A model generated the notes under the pieces. That model did not search any database, was not told where the DNA came from, and saw nothing but the letters and a program-made list of their open reading frames with translations. From assembly GCA_963826535.1 (NCBI GenBank), contig CAWGXL010000011.1:256809-320808 (forward strand): a stretch of 64,000 bases of DNA, in the 5' to 3' direction. The translations under genes and the position numbers were made by a program. Shown here piece after piece: positions 45,359 to 55,865 of this stretch. The first letter of the stretch is position 1; each line of letters starts with the position of its first letter. The DNA comes from an uncultured bacterium (GTDB lineage Bacteria; Patescibacteriota; Microgenomatia; Levybacterales; UBA12049).

Positions 45359-46018
45359 ATGTCTGCCGTGAAGATTTTAATAATACTCGTAGCACTACTT
45401 TTTTCTTTCCTCGTTTTGCCAGGAGATGCGCAAGCTATAACGCACAATCTGTTCAGATACAACTCCAGCAATAATGTAAACACTTCTTTTTTCCGCAGTT
45501 GTCCAAATCCGGGAGGTACACAGGTTGCTTATTATGCGCAAGGCTGGCATTGGATAGTTGGCGAGGCAAATCTCAAATGGGGATCTGACAGTGTCAATCA
45601 TATAGGCACCGGTAATTATGTGCAATGCTTTTGTCCTCTGAAACAAGATAGTATTTCCCTTTCCAGCTCTCAAGGCATACAAACCAACTGGCTAAAAGTG
45701 AGTAATATTACGCATGAACAAAAAAGCCTGCTTTTATCTCAAGGTTGGATTCTTGTGCAAAACGGCGCTGATTTTGGTCTCGCTTCCGAGCCGTATCTAG
45801 CAAAAAATTCTCAATTTTTCTGCAGCGGACCAAGTTGCCTGAAACAAATAACTCAGACTAATTCAGCAACAATAACAAATATTATTAAAGTTTCAGCTAA
45901 TACAGGAAATAATAATGCAAGTCAAAATACCGGCGGTTCTACTACTATAGTAACAGGAAGCGCTGCTGCGCAGGTAACTGTCGTCAACAAAGTCAACTTC
46001 AACTCTGTATCTAATTAA
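45359..46018 (+). CDS. Secreted hypothetical protein
   Basis: Signal peptide followed by a cleavage site (PGDAQA|IT). Confidence 0.5.
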   Translation: MSAVKILIILVALLFSFLVLPGDAQAITHNLFRYNSSNNVNTSFFRSCPNPGGTQVAYYAQGWHWIVGEANLKWGSDSVNHIGTGNYVQCFCPLKQDSISLSSSQGIQTNWLKVSNITHEQKSLLLSQGWILVQNGADFGLASEPYLAKNSQFFCSGPSCLKQITQTNSATITNIIKVSANTGNNNASQNTGGSTTIVTGSAAAQVTVVNKVNFNSVSN

Positions 46019-46203
46019 AACTCCGGTAAAAATAAACTCACAGTCTACTCATCTATCTAGAAATGGATTGGTTCTTATTTAATCCTAAGGAAGAGTTTGG
46101 ATAGAGAGCCTTCTATTGTTTCACGAAACAAAATGCTCGGGAAAGATAGGGGAAAGGATGCACTTTTTATTTTACCTTACCGCTTAAAGATGAGTAGGTG
46201 CGA

Positions 46204-48633
46204 TTAACATTCAGAATAACCGCAGCCGTAGCATTTTTTGCATCCTTCTTCGTAGGCTAATGTTCCGGAGCCGCATTCGGGGCAGATATCAAAAAGGCTG
46301 GTATTGGAAGAACTAAGGCTCATGTTTGCTGTTGCATTAGGCAGGGGTAGTTGATTGCCATTTGTTGGGCGGCCATTGGCTTGTCCGTTGGCTTGTCCGT
46401 TTGAAATATTGTTGACTTTTTCCACGGCTGCAATATTCTTATCTTCGACTTTGCCGTTAACGCGAAAATTGAAGTGTTTGGCAAGAACTTTTGAAATCGC
46501 ATCAGGGAGGGAGCGGACCCTGTTCTCGCCAAAGCCAATGCTTCTTGATCCACCAATACCTGCCAGTTCGGATACAATTTCCCTGACCCGTTCGCGTGGG
46601 GGAACTGGACTATAAATGCGGAGAACAAAGGAGATCATGCGGCCAATTGCGTCTGCCAGGGCCATGAGGTCAGAGCCGCTTTTGCCGTTATTGATAAACA
46701 CTTCAAACGGCTCATCTTTTTCGTTTTGATTTATGGTGATATACGTTTTGCCGCTTGGGCTGTCACTTTTGTAAGTCACGCCTGTAAGTACAAGCGGTCG
46801 AGGCATGCGTGAGGTGAGAGGAATGACCGGTTTCCCTGCCTGTCCGGCAGACAGATCTTCCTTTTTCGTTTCTTTCTTATCTTCTATCCTCTCCAAAACG
46901 CCTTGACGGGAACCATCACGCATATAGGTCACACCCTTAAGCCCCATATCATAAGCTGCCATATATAATGTTTTTACATCTTCAACTGTATGAGAATTTG
47001 GCGCATTCACTGTCTTGGAAATTGATGCATCGATGTATTCCTGGGCAACTGCCTGTACCCTCGCATGTTCTAAAGGCAGCAGGTCATTGGCGCTGACAAA
47101 ATATCCCGGTTTTTCATCCTTGGGATGTTCCTTAAGCCACTCTTCATAAAGCGGATGGTACATAATATCTTCTCCCCCTCTCCATCTGCGTTTAAAGGTA
47201 AATTCGTAGACCGGCTCAATGCCTGAGGTAACGCCGGCAACAAGTGAAGTAGTGCCTGTTGGCGCAATTGTCAGAAGTACTGCATTGCGGATACCTTGCT
47301 TTTCTATTTTTTCCCGGGTTTTTTTAGGTAATGCTTTTACGTGATATGCCTGCATATATTTCACTTTATCAAATTTAGGAAACGCGCCTTTTTCTTTGGC
47401 CAAATCAGCAGATGCCTCATAGGTATTATCACGAAGTGTTTTGAAGATTTTCTCAATAACAGGCATAGCTTCTTCACCCCCGTAACGGACATTCATTTTT
47501 ATTAATGCATCTCCAAGCCCCATAATGCCAAGCCCGGTTCTTCGTATTTCTTTAGCGTTTTTCTCGTTTTCAGGGAAGAAATAATAGGTTTGATCGATGA
47601 CATTATCAAGGAGTCTTAGGGCTACTTGCACGTCATTCCCAAAACTCTCGAAGTCAAATTTTCCGGCTTTCTCCGGCGAATAATCTTTGACATAAGCAGA
47701 CAAGTTCATTGCACCAAGATTACATACAGCCCAAGCCCCAAGCGGTTGTTCACCACAGGGGTTGGTCGCAATCAGACGCTCAAAATAAAAAGTGTTCGAG
47801 CGTTTATTGCTTCGCTCCAGGAAATGGAGTCCGGGTTCGGCGGAGCGCCAGGCGGCTGTGCAAATAAGATCCCAAAGATAGCGGGCTTTCACAGTTTTAT
47901 AAACGTTGACTTTGCCGCCTTTTTCCTTCCACTTATCCAGTTCGCCGTCCCAGTCTTTATCATACTTTTGATCATCAAGGTCAGGATAAACTAAATCCCA
48001 ATCTTTATCTAGTTTGACGGCTTCCATAAATGCATCGGAGATGCAGACCGATAAATTCGCGCCGTTAATTTTGGTGAGGTCTTGTTTTACGGTAATAAAT
48101 TCTTCTATATCAGGATGCCAATCCCAGAGCATCAACATTGTTGCCCCGCGCCGGGAACCGCCTTGCTGGACAATATCATGAGTAGCGACTGAAAATAACG
48201 TTGCCCAATTCACCGGACCTGAGGACGTACCGTTGACTTTTTTTACCCTAGCGCCTTTGGGCCGAAGAGAGGAAAGATTAAGTCCCACGCCACCAGAACG
48301 AGCCTGGATCTCAACAAGTTGGCCGAGAGCTTCTAAAATGCCGTGGCGGGAATCTTTGGGTGAGGGGATAACAAAACAGTTAAAGTAAGTCACCTGATAG
48401 CCGGTACCGGCGCCTGACAGAATACGTCCAGCAGGCACAAATTTGAAGTCTTCCATGGCTGCGTAGAATTTATCTTCCCATTTTTTGCGAAGTGCAGGTT
48501 TTTCGACTTGGGCAATGCCATGCGCAACTCTTCTCCACATTTCTTCTGGAGTTTGCTCTGTAGGCTTCCCTTTCTCGTCTTTAAACGAGTAGCGATCTAA
48601 AAACACTTGTTGTCTTATTCCTTCAAGCTTCAT
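46204..48633 (-). CDS. nrdJ: Adenosylcobalamin-dependent ribonucleotide reductase (class II)
   Basis: 809 aa with RNR catalytic motifs (NPCGEQPL) and a C-terminal Zn-ribbon (CPECGSG...CKKCYGCG). Confidence 0.85.
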   Translation of the reverse strand: MKLEGIRQQVFLDRYSFKDEKGKPTEQTPEEMWRRVAHGIAQVEKPALRKKWEDKFYAAMEDFKFVPAGRILSGAGTGYQVTYFNCFVIPSPKDSRHGILEALGQLVEIQARSGGVGLNLSSLRPKGARVKKVNGTSSGPVNWATLFSVATHDIVQQGGSRRGATMLMLWDWHPDIEEFITVKQDLTKINGANLSVCISDAFMEAVKLDKDWDLVYPDLDDQKYDKDWDGELDKWKEKGGKVNVYKTVKARYLWDLICTAAWRSAEPGLHFLERSNKRSNTFYFERLIATNPCGEQPLGAWAVCNLGAMNLSAYVKDYSPEKAGKFDFESFGNDVQVALRLLDNVIDQTYYFFPENEKNAKEIRRTGLGIMGLGDALIKMNVRYGGEEAMPVIEKIFKTLRDNTYEASADLAKEKGAFPKFDKVKYMQAYHVKALPKKTREKIEKQGIRNAVLLTIAPTGTTSLVAGVTSGIEPVYEFTFKRRWRGGEDIMYHPLYEEWLKEHPKDEKPGYFVSANDLLPLEHARVQAVAQEYIDASISKTVNAPNSHTVEDVKTLYMAAYDMGLKGVTYMRDGSRQGVLERIEDKKETKKEDLSAGQAGKPVIPLTSRMPRPLVLTGVTYKSDSPSGKTYITINQNEKDEPFEVFINNGKSGSDLMALADAIGRMISFVLRIYSPVPPRERVREIVSELAGIGGSRSIGFGENRVRSLPDAISKVLAKHFNFRVNGKVEDKNIAAVEKVNNISNGQANGQANGRPTNGNQLPLPNATANMSLSSSNTSLFDICPECGSGTLAYEEGCKKCYGCGYSEC

Positions 48634-49093
48634 AGGCGTGTTTGGTTGTTATAAGTTTTTTTACTTCTTTTTCGAAATCTTCTACATCTACAAAACGTCT
48701 GAAAACACTTGCAAACCGGATATAGGCTACTTTGTCAATCTGTTTTAATTTTGTCGCCACCATTTCTCCAATGTGTCTACTTTCTATTTCAATTGAATCC
48801 AATCCTCTTAATTCACGTGTAATGTCAATGACTATTTTTTCTATTAAAGATGCGGGAATTACTGTCTTCTCGCATGCTTTAAAGAGTCCTGTTTTTAATT
48901 TATCGCGGCTGAATTGCTCGCGTCTTCTGTCTCTCTTGATGACAGTTAAAGGAATATTTTCTACTCTCTCATAAGTTGTAAACCGCTTATTACAATCCAG
49001 ACAGGACCTTCTCCGCCTGATGGTGTCCATATCGTCGCTGTCTCTGGTTTCAACTACTTCTGATCCTTTGTTTCCGCAAAATGGACAATGCAT
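48623..49093 (-). CDS. nrdR: Transcriptional repressor NrdR
   Basis: MHCPFCG..CLDCNKRFTTYE zinc ribbon plus an ATP-cone. Confidence 0.85.
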   Translation of the reverse strand: MHCPFCGNKGSEVVETRDSDDMDTIRRRRSCLDCNKRFTTYERVENIPLTVIKRDRRREQFSRDKLKTGLFKACEKTVIPASLIEKIVIDITRELRGLDSIEIESRHIGEMVATKLKQIDKVAYIRFASVFRRFVDVEDFEKEVKKLITTKHAYEA

Positions 49094-49984
49094 ATAATAG
49101 CTATCAGCTTTCGGCTATTAGCTTTTAGACTTTTGATTTTTTGTCTGACAGCAGAATGCTAACAGCTAAAAGCAAATATTCCCGCCTGTTATCTAGTGCC
49201 TTAACTAGGATAGATCACCATATACGTAGTGTCAACTGTGAAAATCTATATCAAATCTTGTCAGCAATTTTTTTTAATCTCAAATTTTATTTTTTGTTAT
49301 ATTTTTCTTACAATATCTGTGAAGCAGTAATAAAAACTCGATGCAGATTAGAATTTTGGTTTAAACAATAAGACATTTTAGCATGCCTACTCTATATTTA
49401 GCAAATATTTCGTTGACTTGTACATAGCCAACGCTCGCTCACTTAACGGGAAAGATCGTAGGATTTTGTTACCGGGAAGAAGGAGGTGGGGTATTTCTCG
49501 TATTTTTTTACTAAATCATCCACGGTACCATTATCTAATAGTTCTCCTATGGCAACATTTATCATTGATTCGAAACCGCTTTGATTATTTGGTTTTTGCT
49601 GACGATGAATAATGGTTTAAGTTAGACCGCGATTATTTTCAAGATTTTATTGAAAGACGAGCTAAATTAAATATTCATATTCGCTCCATACTGCAAGACA
49701 CTCCTCAGGGGCAAAGACATAAAAAGTTTGAGCGAAATTATAATGAAAATATTAAGATTCTGCCAAAAGATACGACACTTACGACAAATCTGGTTATTAT
49801 TCCCAGACGCGTTGTGATACAACAGTTGACTCCCCCGGTAAACGCGATTGTAATTGAGACCAAAAGTGTTATAAAAATGCACCGAGAGTTATTTGAAATT
49901 GTTTGGAGATCAATTTAGTTTTTTTTAAACTCAAATTTTATTATTTGTTATAATTTTCTTACACTTTATTAATCTCAGCTTTGG

Positions 49985-50908
49985 TTAAGAAATGGTTGAG
50001 GTGTGATTAGAAAGCATCTTTTTGATCTCCTGATACCTTTTTTTTCTATCTTCTGGTGCGTCTGCGAAATTTTCATGAAAATCGGCCACATCTATAGGCT
50101 GCATGCCTTCATAGTCTTTAACTTGTATATTTGCTTTGCGCTCAAGTAATAGGTTGACAATCTCTGGCTCGCAAAGTGCAACTGCATTATGTAAATAAGG
50201 CATTGGATCATTAAAATATTCAGGGACGAAATTATTAGGATCAAATCTCGGGTCAGCTATGATCATGCGCGCAATTTTCCTATAATCATCTATCGAGGGT
50301 AGTTTTTGTTGTATGTCTGGTGGAAAGACTTGTACATAACCAATTTTATCTAAGACAAGATCTAATGCCGAGTATTTCTTATTTGGGTGTCGCTTGTTCG
50401 GATCCTGTTTTGGATGACGGAGAATTAAATCTACCCGATCGGGATATCCCTCTTCGGCTGCGCCCATTAGAGCGTTTCGATTCCGAATTTCTAGCGGATC
50501 TAGATCGTGACTGAATATTAAATTTGGATCATTCTGCAAATCCAGAAATATTTTCAAGATTTCGAGAGCAGATTGTTGATTTTTTGCCTTTGACGTAGCT
50601 GCCATACTGTATAGCCTATTCCAAATTTTCTCACCTTTTTCACTTTGTTGATGAAAGTTCACAAGAAGGTTTACGGATGCGACATTACCGGCCATTATTG
50701 CCAAGTCTATTGGTAGATGTCCATGAACATCAAAACCCATTCGACTAACTCCGTGATTGAGCAGAAGCTGGACTTTTTCTGATGCGTCACTACCCTCTAG
50801 ACATGCAGCTTCATGCATAAAAGTCCTAAACGGCGCTGGGTTAGTGCCGCCATGCTTCATTAGTTGTTCACGCCCGCCAGTAGGAACATTTGCCAAAATA
50901 AGAGCCAT
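49985..50908 (-). CDS. Ankyrin-repeat protein
   Basis: Several ANK-like helix pairs (HGHLPIDLAIMAGNVASVNLLV; NALMGAAEEGYPDRVDLIL; LHNAVALCEPEIVNLLLERKANIQVKD). Confidence 0.6.
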   Translation of the reverse strand: MALILANVPTGGREQLMKHGGTNPAPFRTFMHEAACLEGSDASEKVQLLLNHGVSRMGFDVHGHLPIDLAIMAGNVASVNLLVNFHQQSEKGEKIWNRLYSMAATSKAKNQQSALEILKIFLDLQNDPNLIFSHDLDPLEIRNRNALMGAAEEGYPDRVDLILRHPKQDPNKRHPNKKYSALDLVLDKIGYVQVFPPDIQQKLPSIDDYRKIARMIIADPRFDPNNFVPEYFNDPMPYLHNAVALCEPEIVNLLLERKANIQVKDYEGMQPIDVADFHENFADAPEDRKKRYQEIKKMLSNHTSTIS

Positions 50909-50915
50909 ATCCCTA

Positions 50916-51209
50916 TTAGAAGGATTTAAGGGGTCGAAGTCGTCTGGGTAGATTAATTATGGTTGCCGGATCGGAAATATTAACCCTTATTTTATTCACC
51001 CGAATAGTGTCTAGCAGAGACGATACTTCTTCAGCACGGCCATCTTTAAGCGCTGTTATAAGAGAGTTGTTAAGCAATTTTGATTTCCCGAAATCACTAA
51101 GACCTTCGTTTAATCGTTTTGCTACACTCTGCAGCAAAGGACTAGGTTTTTCTTTAGATTTTGCCGACTCCCATGTATTGACAGTATAATTTACCTTTTG
51201 TTCATTCAT
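50916..51209 (-). CDS. Small ORF containing one ankyrin-like repeat; possibly the frameshifted N-terminus of the ankyrin gene
   Basis: NSLITALKDGRAEEVSSLLD. It ends 8 nt before the ankyrin ATG, in another frame. Confidence 0.4.
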   Translation of the reverse strand: MNEQKVNYTVNTWESAKSKEKPSPLLQSVAKRLNEGLSDFGKSKLLNNSLITALKDGRAEEVSSLLDTIRVNKIRVNISDPATIINLPRRLRPLKSF

Positions 51210-51322
51210 GATTCTCTATAGTATAGGTGTACTATAGGGTAAAAGCTTGGGCTTGTCAAGTTTAATTAGTCTTAAATAGATAGGGAAAATTTTCTTTATT
51301 TTTTATCCCCCAAGGAGACTAA

Positions 51323-51916
51323 CTACTTCGTAGGGGCGTACCCGATGGCTTTCAGGACTGCCTGGGTGCTTTCGCTGGCATTCAGAGAGTAGGTGTTGAT
51401 TGTCAGGTCATAATATTTTTTATCCCAATAGACCCAATTGACATCATTGTTGGCATAAAGGCGGCGCCATTTCTCAAGATTTTGCCGCTCACGTTCTAAA
51501 ACTTCTTCTTTGGCGTTTTCGACTTTTTTTCCGTCGCGATTTACTAATCTGTCTATTCGGATATCTACTTTATCAACTCCCTCAACGTCTTCGCAAACAA
51601 CTAAGATTTTAAAAATTCCTTTAATTCCTTGCGCGTCAAAGCCCGCGAGGTGACTTTGGATAATTTGATGGGATTTATTTTTCAGGATTTTTTTTATTTT
51701 TTCTTCATATTCAAGATCAAAGTGGTCAGGGCGAGTATTTGTTTGGACAATATCTAAACCCCTTTCAGTTGAAAATTGCCTGAAAAGTTTTCCGCCGTTG
51801 AGGAATTCCCAACCAAGGGCCCCGCTTAGGTGGCTGGCCAGTGTTGAGGTGCCGGAGGCAATTCTGCCGGAGATGGTGATATTTTGAATACCGGGTAGAT
51901 CAATAGGTTTATCCAT
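51323..51916 (-). CDS. Cytidylate kinase-like P-loop kinase
   Basis: ISGRIASGTSTLASHL P-loop, with a CMP-kinase-like architecture. Confidence 0.5.
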   Translation of the reverse strand: MDKPIDLPGIQNITISGRIASGTSTLASHLSGALGWEFLNGGKLFRQFSTERGLDIVQTNTRPDHFDLEYEEKIKKILKNKSHQIIQSHLAGFDAQGIKGIFKILVVCEDVEGVDKVDIRIDRLVNRDGKKVENAKEEVLERERQNLEKWRRLYANNDVNWVYWDKKYYDLTINTYSLNASESTQAVLKAIGYAPTK

Positions 51917-51929
51917 AAAAATTCAAAAG

Positions 51930-53003
51930 TCAAGAGGGGTTGGTATTAACATTTGTTCCGGAAACTTTCTGCCCTACCATAATTGCACTTTCAACCAGGC
52001 GGTTGGCATATCCGTATTCATTGTCATACCAGGCAATGACTTTGGCCATGTTGCCGCCGACAACTTGGGTCAAGGAAAGGTCAACGATGCTTGAATGCGA
52101 ATTGCCAATTATATCACTTGAGACGAGGGGGTCTTCGGTGACGGAGAGTATGCCTTTAAAAGTAGGATTAACTGAGGCATTTTTTAATACATCATTTATT
52201 TCTTCTTTGGTTGTGTTGCGCTTGAGTAAAAAGGTGAAGTCTGAAAGGGACCCAACGGGGACGGGGACGCGGATTGCAAGACCGACAAAAATCCCTGAAA
52301 GAGCAGGAAGAGCTTCTGCGGCGGCAATTGTTGCTCCTGTTGAGGTTGGAATAATATTGAGGGAGGCGGCTCTGGCACGGCGGTAGTCTTTGTGTCCCCC
52401 ATCCTGTATGCGTTGGTCAGAGGTAAAGCCATGAATTGTAGTCATCATGGCTTTTTCAATACCAAAATTTTCCTGCATAATTTTGGCAACCGGGGCTATG
52501 CAATTTGTTGTGCAGGAGGCATTGTTTAGTATTTTTTCGCCGGAGTATTTTTCATCATTTACTGAAATAACATAGGTGGGTACTCCCCCACCTTTACCAG
52601 GCGCTGAAAGAATAACTGATTTTGCGCCGGCATTTATATGGAGTTGTAGTTTGTCGGCACTAGTGAAGGCGCCTGTTGATTCAATGATGACATCTACATT
52701 GAGGTCTTTCCAGGGAAGTTTAGTAGGATCTTTTTGGGAGTAGACAGGTATTTCTTTGCCTGAAACTAATAGATAACCAATAAGATCCGGTTTGTTTGGA
52801 TCAGTATTGGGCTTGACTGAGACCTCATGGGGAAGCAGGCCATAGACGCTGTCATATTTTAGGAGATACATCCAGCCTTTGATATCAGTTGAGGAGCCGG
52901 CGTTTATTGCTACTACATCTATTTCATCGGTGTGCCATTGGATAATTACCCGATGAGCGACTCTTCCGATTCTTCCATAGCCGTTGATGGCAGCGCGTAT
53001 CAT
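51930..53003 (-). CDS. gap: Glyceraldehyde-3-phosphate dehydrogenase (type I)
   Basis: INGYGRIGR NAD site and ASCTTNC catalytic signature. Confidence 0.9.
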   Translation of the reverse strand: MIRAAINGYGRIGRVAHRVIIQWHTDEIDVVAINAGSSTDIKGWMYLLKYDSVYGLLPHEVSVKPNTDPNKPDLIGYLLVSGKEIPVYSQKDPTKLPWKDLNVDVIIESTGAFTSADKLQLHINAGAKSVILSAPGKGGGVPTYVISVNDEKYSGEKILNNASCTTNCIAPVAKIMQENFGIEKAMMTTIHGFTSDQRIQDGGHKDYRRARAASLNIIPTSTGATIAAAEALPALSGIFVGLAIRVPVPVGSLSDFTFLLKRNTTKEEINDVLKNASVNPTFKGILSVTEDPLVSSDIIGNSHSSIVDLSLTQVVGGNMAKVIAWYDNEYGYANRLVESAIMVGQKVSGTNVNTNPS

Positions 53004-53259
53004 AATTATATTAGTATATACTTGATTTTTGGCGATGACAAGAGGAATTAATGGAAATCTCCAACAACGAGAATGAAATAGTTTTGCTCATCAAGTTTTA
53101 CTAGTCGCGCTCGGTATTGGTCGTTAATCCTGAAAGCGTAAAAACCTTTGTTTGTACCTTTGAGTTGTTTAAAATCTAATGAGGGGATGGAAGGGGTTGG
53201 AAAGAAATAATTTTTTTTGTTTTTCAAATTGTTTGGCGAGTCCCAGTTTTTTAAGCTGT

Positions 53260-53568
53260 TTACTTGCTTTTTTGGATATCTGTACCAGCATATTGCGGAA
53301 GTTCGGTCATTGCTTCTATCATATCTTTAACCTCTGCTTCAGTATATCCAGCTTCTAAAAATGAAGCTTTGACTTCATCGAGTGGTTTAAAATCAAATTG
53401 GTCAATGGTCTTGTGTCGTTGTGAAGCTGACCCCATCGGCAGAATCATAGCTACCGGCTCACTATCTTGTTTTAGGATACGTGGCTTTTTGGTGTGCTTC
53501 ATTTCTTCCACAATACGTACAAGGTCGGGAAAATTGCTAATATCAATTGGCGTCAAGTGTCTGCTCAT
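53260..53568 (-). CDS. Hypothetical protein (102 aa)
   Basis: ORF only. Confidence 0.4.
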   Translation of the reverse strand: MSRHLTPIDISNFPDLVRIVEEMKHTKKPRILKQDSEPVAMILPMGSASQRHKTIDQFDFKPLDEVKASFLEAGYTEAEVKDMIEAMTELPQYAGTDIQKSK

Positions 53569-53594
53569 AGTAGGAGGATTATATTATACAATGT

Positions 53595-54632
53595 TCAATA
53601 TTTTCTGATATTCATATTTAAGTCAGCAATATGATTTACATATTTTATAAATCCAATTGCATTATCGGCGGGGGAGCGATCTAACGATTGAGATACGCAG
53701 GTTATATCATCTCCACACTTAGATAGTGCTTCAACTAATTGTTTTAGATGGGTGTATGCGAGAGCTGCGCCATAGGGAGATGACACATTGTATTTTTTTA
53801 GTTTATTTTGAAAATCCGGCGATATATCTTTGAATCCAAATGTCCACGCGCCTTCTAACTCTGATTTATAGTTTTTAAGAACATTATTTGTAATAGAATC
53901 ATCGACAGTACCGTAACGGAGATCGTATTTTAAATTCTTTATCACCTTGAGCGTATTGGCGGTATCGCCTTCAAATCCAACGTTAATGACTGCCTGAGCT
54001 CCTTGCGAATTTAACTTAAGAAGTTGAGTGCGAAAATCGGTATCACCTAAATTATAACCTTCTGAGATCATGTTATTGCCGTAAACTTCAACGACTCCAT
54101 TTTGGCAGATTTCACCAAATTCAAGATTTACCTTAAGTACACCAATTTTTACGGCTCCTTCATCTTTAAATTTTTGAGCAATACTTCTACATCCTTCTCT
54201 GTAATTTAGGTAGGTTTTGTAGAATAATAAATTATCTTTAAGAGGCGATACAGCTGCTGCTTCATAGATAAACGGAATGTGTTTATCTTTTAAGTACGAC
54301 CCAACAGCAATCGCGCCCGGGTTAAACTCTGCATAAATAGCATCTACTTTATCGGAATTAATAAGCTTTTGAGCTGCATTTGCCGCTAATGCGGCATTTA
54401 GACCATAATCTTCAAAAATGAATTCTACAGTTTTATCTTGTGAAGCTAATTCATTTTTAAGTATAAGAGCGCCAGCACGGGTTGATTCCCCCCAATAGGC
54501 TGCGGGGCCGGTAAGATCAGTAATAATACCTATCTTAATTGCGCCATTGTCGCTTGTATGTTGTAAATTAACTATTGCTACTATAACCAGGGCGATAATA
54601 ACAATGGCTACCCAAATAAATTTTTTATTCAT
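53595..54632 (-). CDS. ABC substrate-binding protein (branched-chain amino acid / Peripla_BP_6-type)
   Basis: Lipoprotein-like N-terminus. Paralogous to the binding proteins at 58276, 60240, 61357 and 63797. Confidence 0.7.
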   Translation of the reverse strand: MNKKFIWVAIVIIALVIVAIVNLQHTSDNGAIKIGIITDLTGPAAYWGESTRAGALILKNELASQDKTVEFIFEDYGLNAALAANAAQKLINSDKVDAIYAEFNPGAIAVGSYLKDKHIPFIYEAAAVSPLKDNLLFYKTYLNYREGCRSIAQKFKDEGAVKIGVLKVNLEFGEICQNGVVEVYGNNMISEGYNLGDTDFRTQLLKLNSQGAQAVINVGFEGDTANTLKVIKNLKYDLRYGTVDDSITNNVLKNYKSELEGAWTFGFKDISPDFQNKLKKYNVSSPYGAALAYTHLKQLVEALSKCGDDITCVSQSLDRSPADNAIGFIKYVNHIADLNMNIRKY

Positions 54633-54713
54633 AGTTGTTTGATATTTAAATACTTATAGGTTATACTACAAATATTGCGAGTGGCAAATACTACCACAGA
54701 GCAATAAAGATAT

Positions 54714-55463
54714 ATGTTTACTCATCAGTTAATGAGCTTGGGGATGGCAAAGAATGAAGCGCAGATATATGAGACTTTAATTGAACATGGGGAACTCTCT
54801 GTGGCTGAAATTTCAAAAAGATCCAAAATTCACAGAAGAAATGTTTATGATTGCTTGAACCGATTACTTGAGAAAGGCTTTGTTTTGGTAATACTTGCTC
54901 AAAAAGAAAATCACTACAAAGCAGTGAATCCCCAAAAACTTACCGAAGTTCTTGAAGAAAAAAGGACAATTCTTAAAAAACTTATGCCTGATTTACAAGA
55001 ATTATGGGAAAGCAAGCCTCATCGAGAAGAGGTATTCATACTAAAGGGGGTCGAGGGTTATAAAAATTATATGAAGGAGATTATAAAGACAAATGAAGAT
55101 TTATTTACAATTGGCGGCGGCGGGCAATGGGCAGATCCGAAGATTAGAATCTTTTTTGACAATTTCTTACAAGAAGCGTTAAAAAAAGGTATAAAAATGC
55201 ATATGCTTTATGAATATTATGTTAAAAAAGAAAAAAGGGAAATCTTGGGTCTGCTTGGTGAGAATTATAAATTTCTGGATGAGAAATATAGTACAGGGGC
55301 TGCTATTGATATATTTGGTGAATATGTGGTGGTTTTGACAAAAGGGGAAAAGGCCGCTATAGAGGATAGCACTATTACAGTTATTAGAAATAGAAAGATT
55401 GCTGATTCTTATAGAATTTGGTTTCAATTGATCTGGGATTCAACTGAATTTCCATCAAAGTAA
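54714..55463 (+). CDS. TrmB-family transcriptional regulator
   Basis: N-terminal HTH (EAQIYETLIEHGELSVAEISKRSKIHRRNVYDCL). Confidence 0.6.
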   Translation: MFTHQLMSLGMAKNEAQIYETLIEHGELSVAEISKRSKIHRRNVYDCLNRLLEKGFVLVILAQKENHYKAVNPQKLTEVLEEKRTILKKLMPDLQELWESKPHREEVFILKGVEGYKNYMKEIIKTNEDLFTIGGGGQWADPKIRIFFDNFLQEALKKGIKMHMLYEYYVKKEKREILGLLGENYKFLDEKYSTGAAIDIFGEYVVVLTKGEKAAIEDSTITVIRNRKIADSYRIWFQLIWDSTEFPSK

Positions 55464-55493
55464 TCTTCTGGGTTGTGGCGAGTTCTGGCCGAT

Positions 55494-55865
55494 CTATGCA
55501 GTTTGCTTCTTCGCTACTATCGCGCCAAGAGAACGAAAGCGTCCTCGGAAGTAATTAGAACCTTGCTTTATGAGTAGCGCGGTAAGCTTTGTATCGAGCA
55601 GCGTGCGCGGCCAAGTTTCGGGAATACCAATAATCCCAGGCGTATTTTTTCGCAATAAAGGACGAAAGTGTTTGACGTTGCGAGTAAGAATAATGCGTCC
55701 CTGTTTTATTGCCAACTCATGTATTGGCGGGTCATCCATTCCTCCATGATGCAGGTCGTGATTGATGTGTTTTACGTCAAAGCGTTGATTAAGGCGAGGT
55801 AGAAACTGACGGGGTGGTAAGTGCTCATCGAGTAACAATTTGTGTTTATAAAACGGTTTCGGCAT
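55494..55865 (-). CDS. DUF5615-like PIN-fold protein
   Basis: KHKLLLDEHLPP...RIILTRNVKHF. Start trimmed to MPKPFYK. Confidence 0.5.
   Translation of the reverse strand: MPKPFYKHKLLLDEHLPPRQFLPRLNQRFDVKHINHDLHHGGMDDPPIHELAIKQGRIILTRNVKHFRPLLRKNTPGIIGIPETWPRTLLDTKLTALLIKQGSNYFRGRFRSLGAIVAKKQTA

Noticed and set aside
46019-46203. B12 riboswitch near nrdJ
   Set aside because: That region is 3' of nrdJ (minus strand). nrdJ is directly preceded by nrdR with an overlapping start, leaving no leader for a riboswitch.
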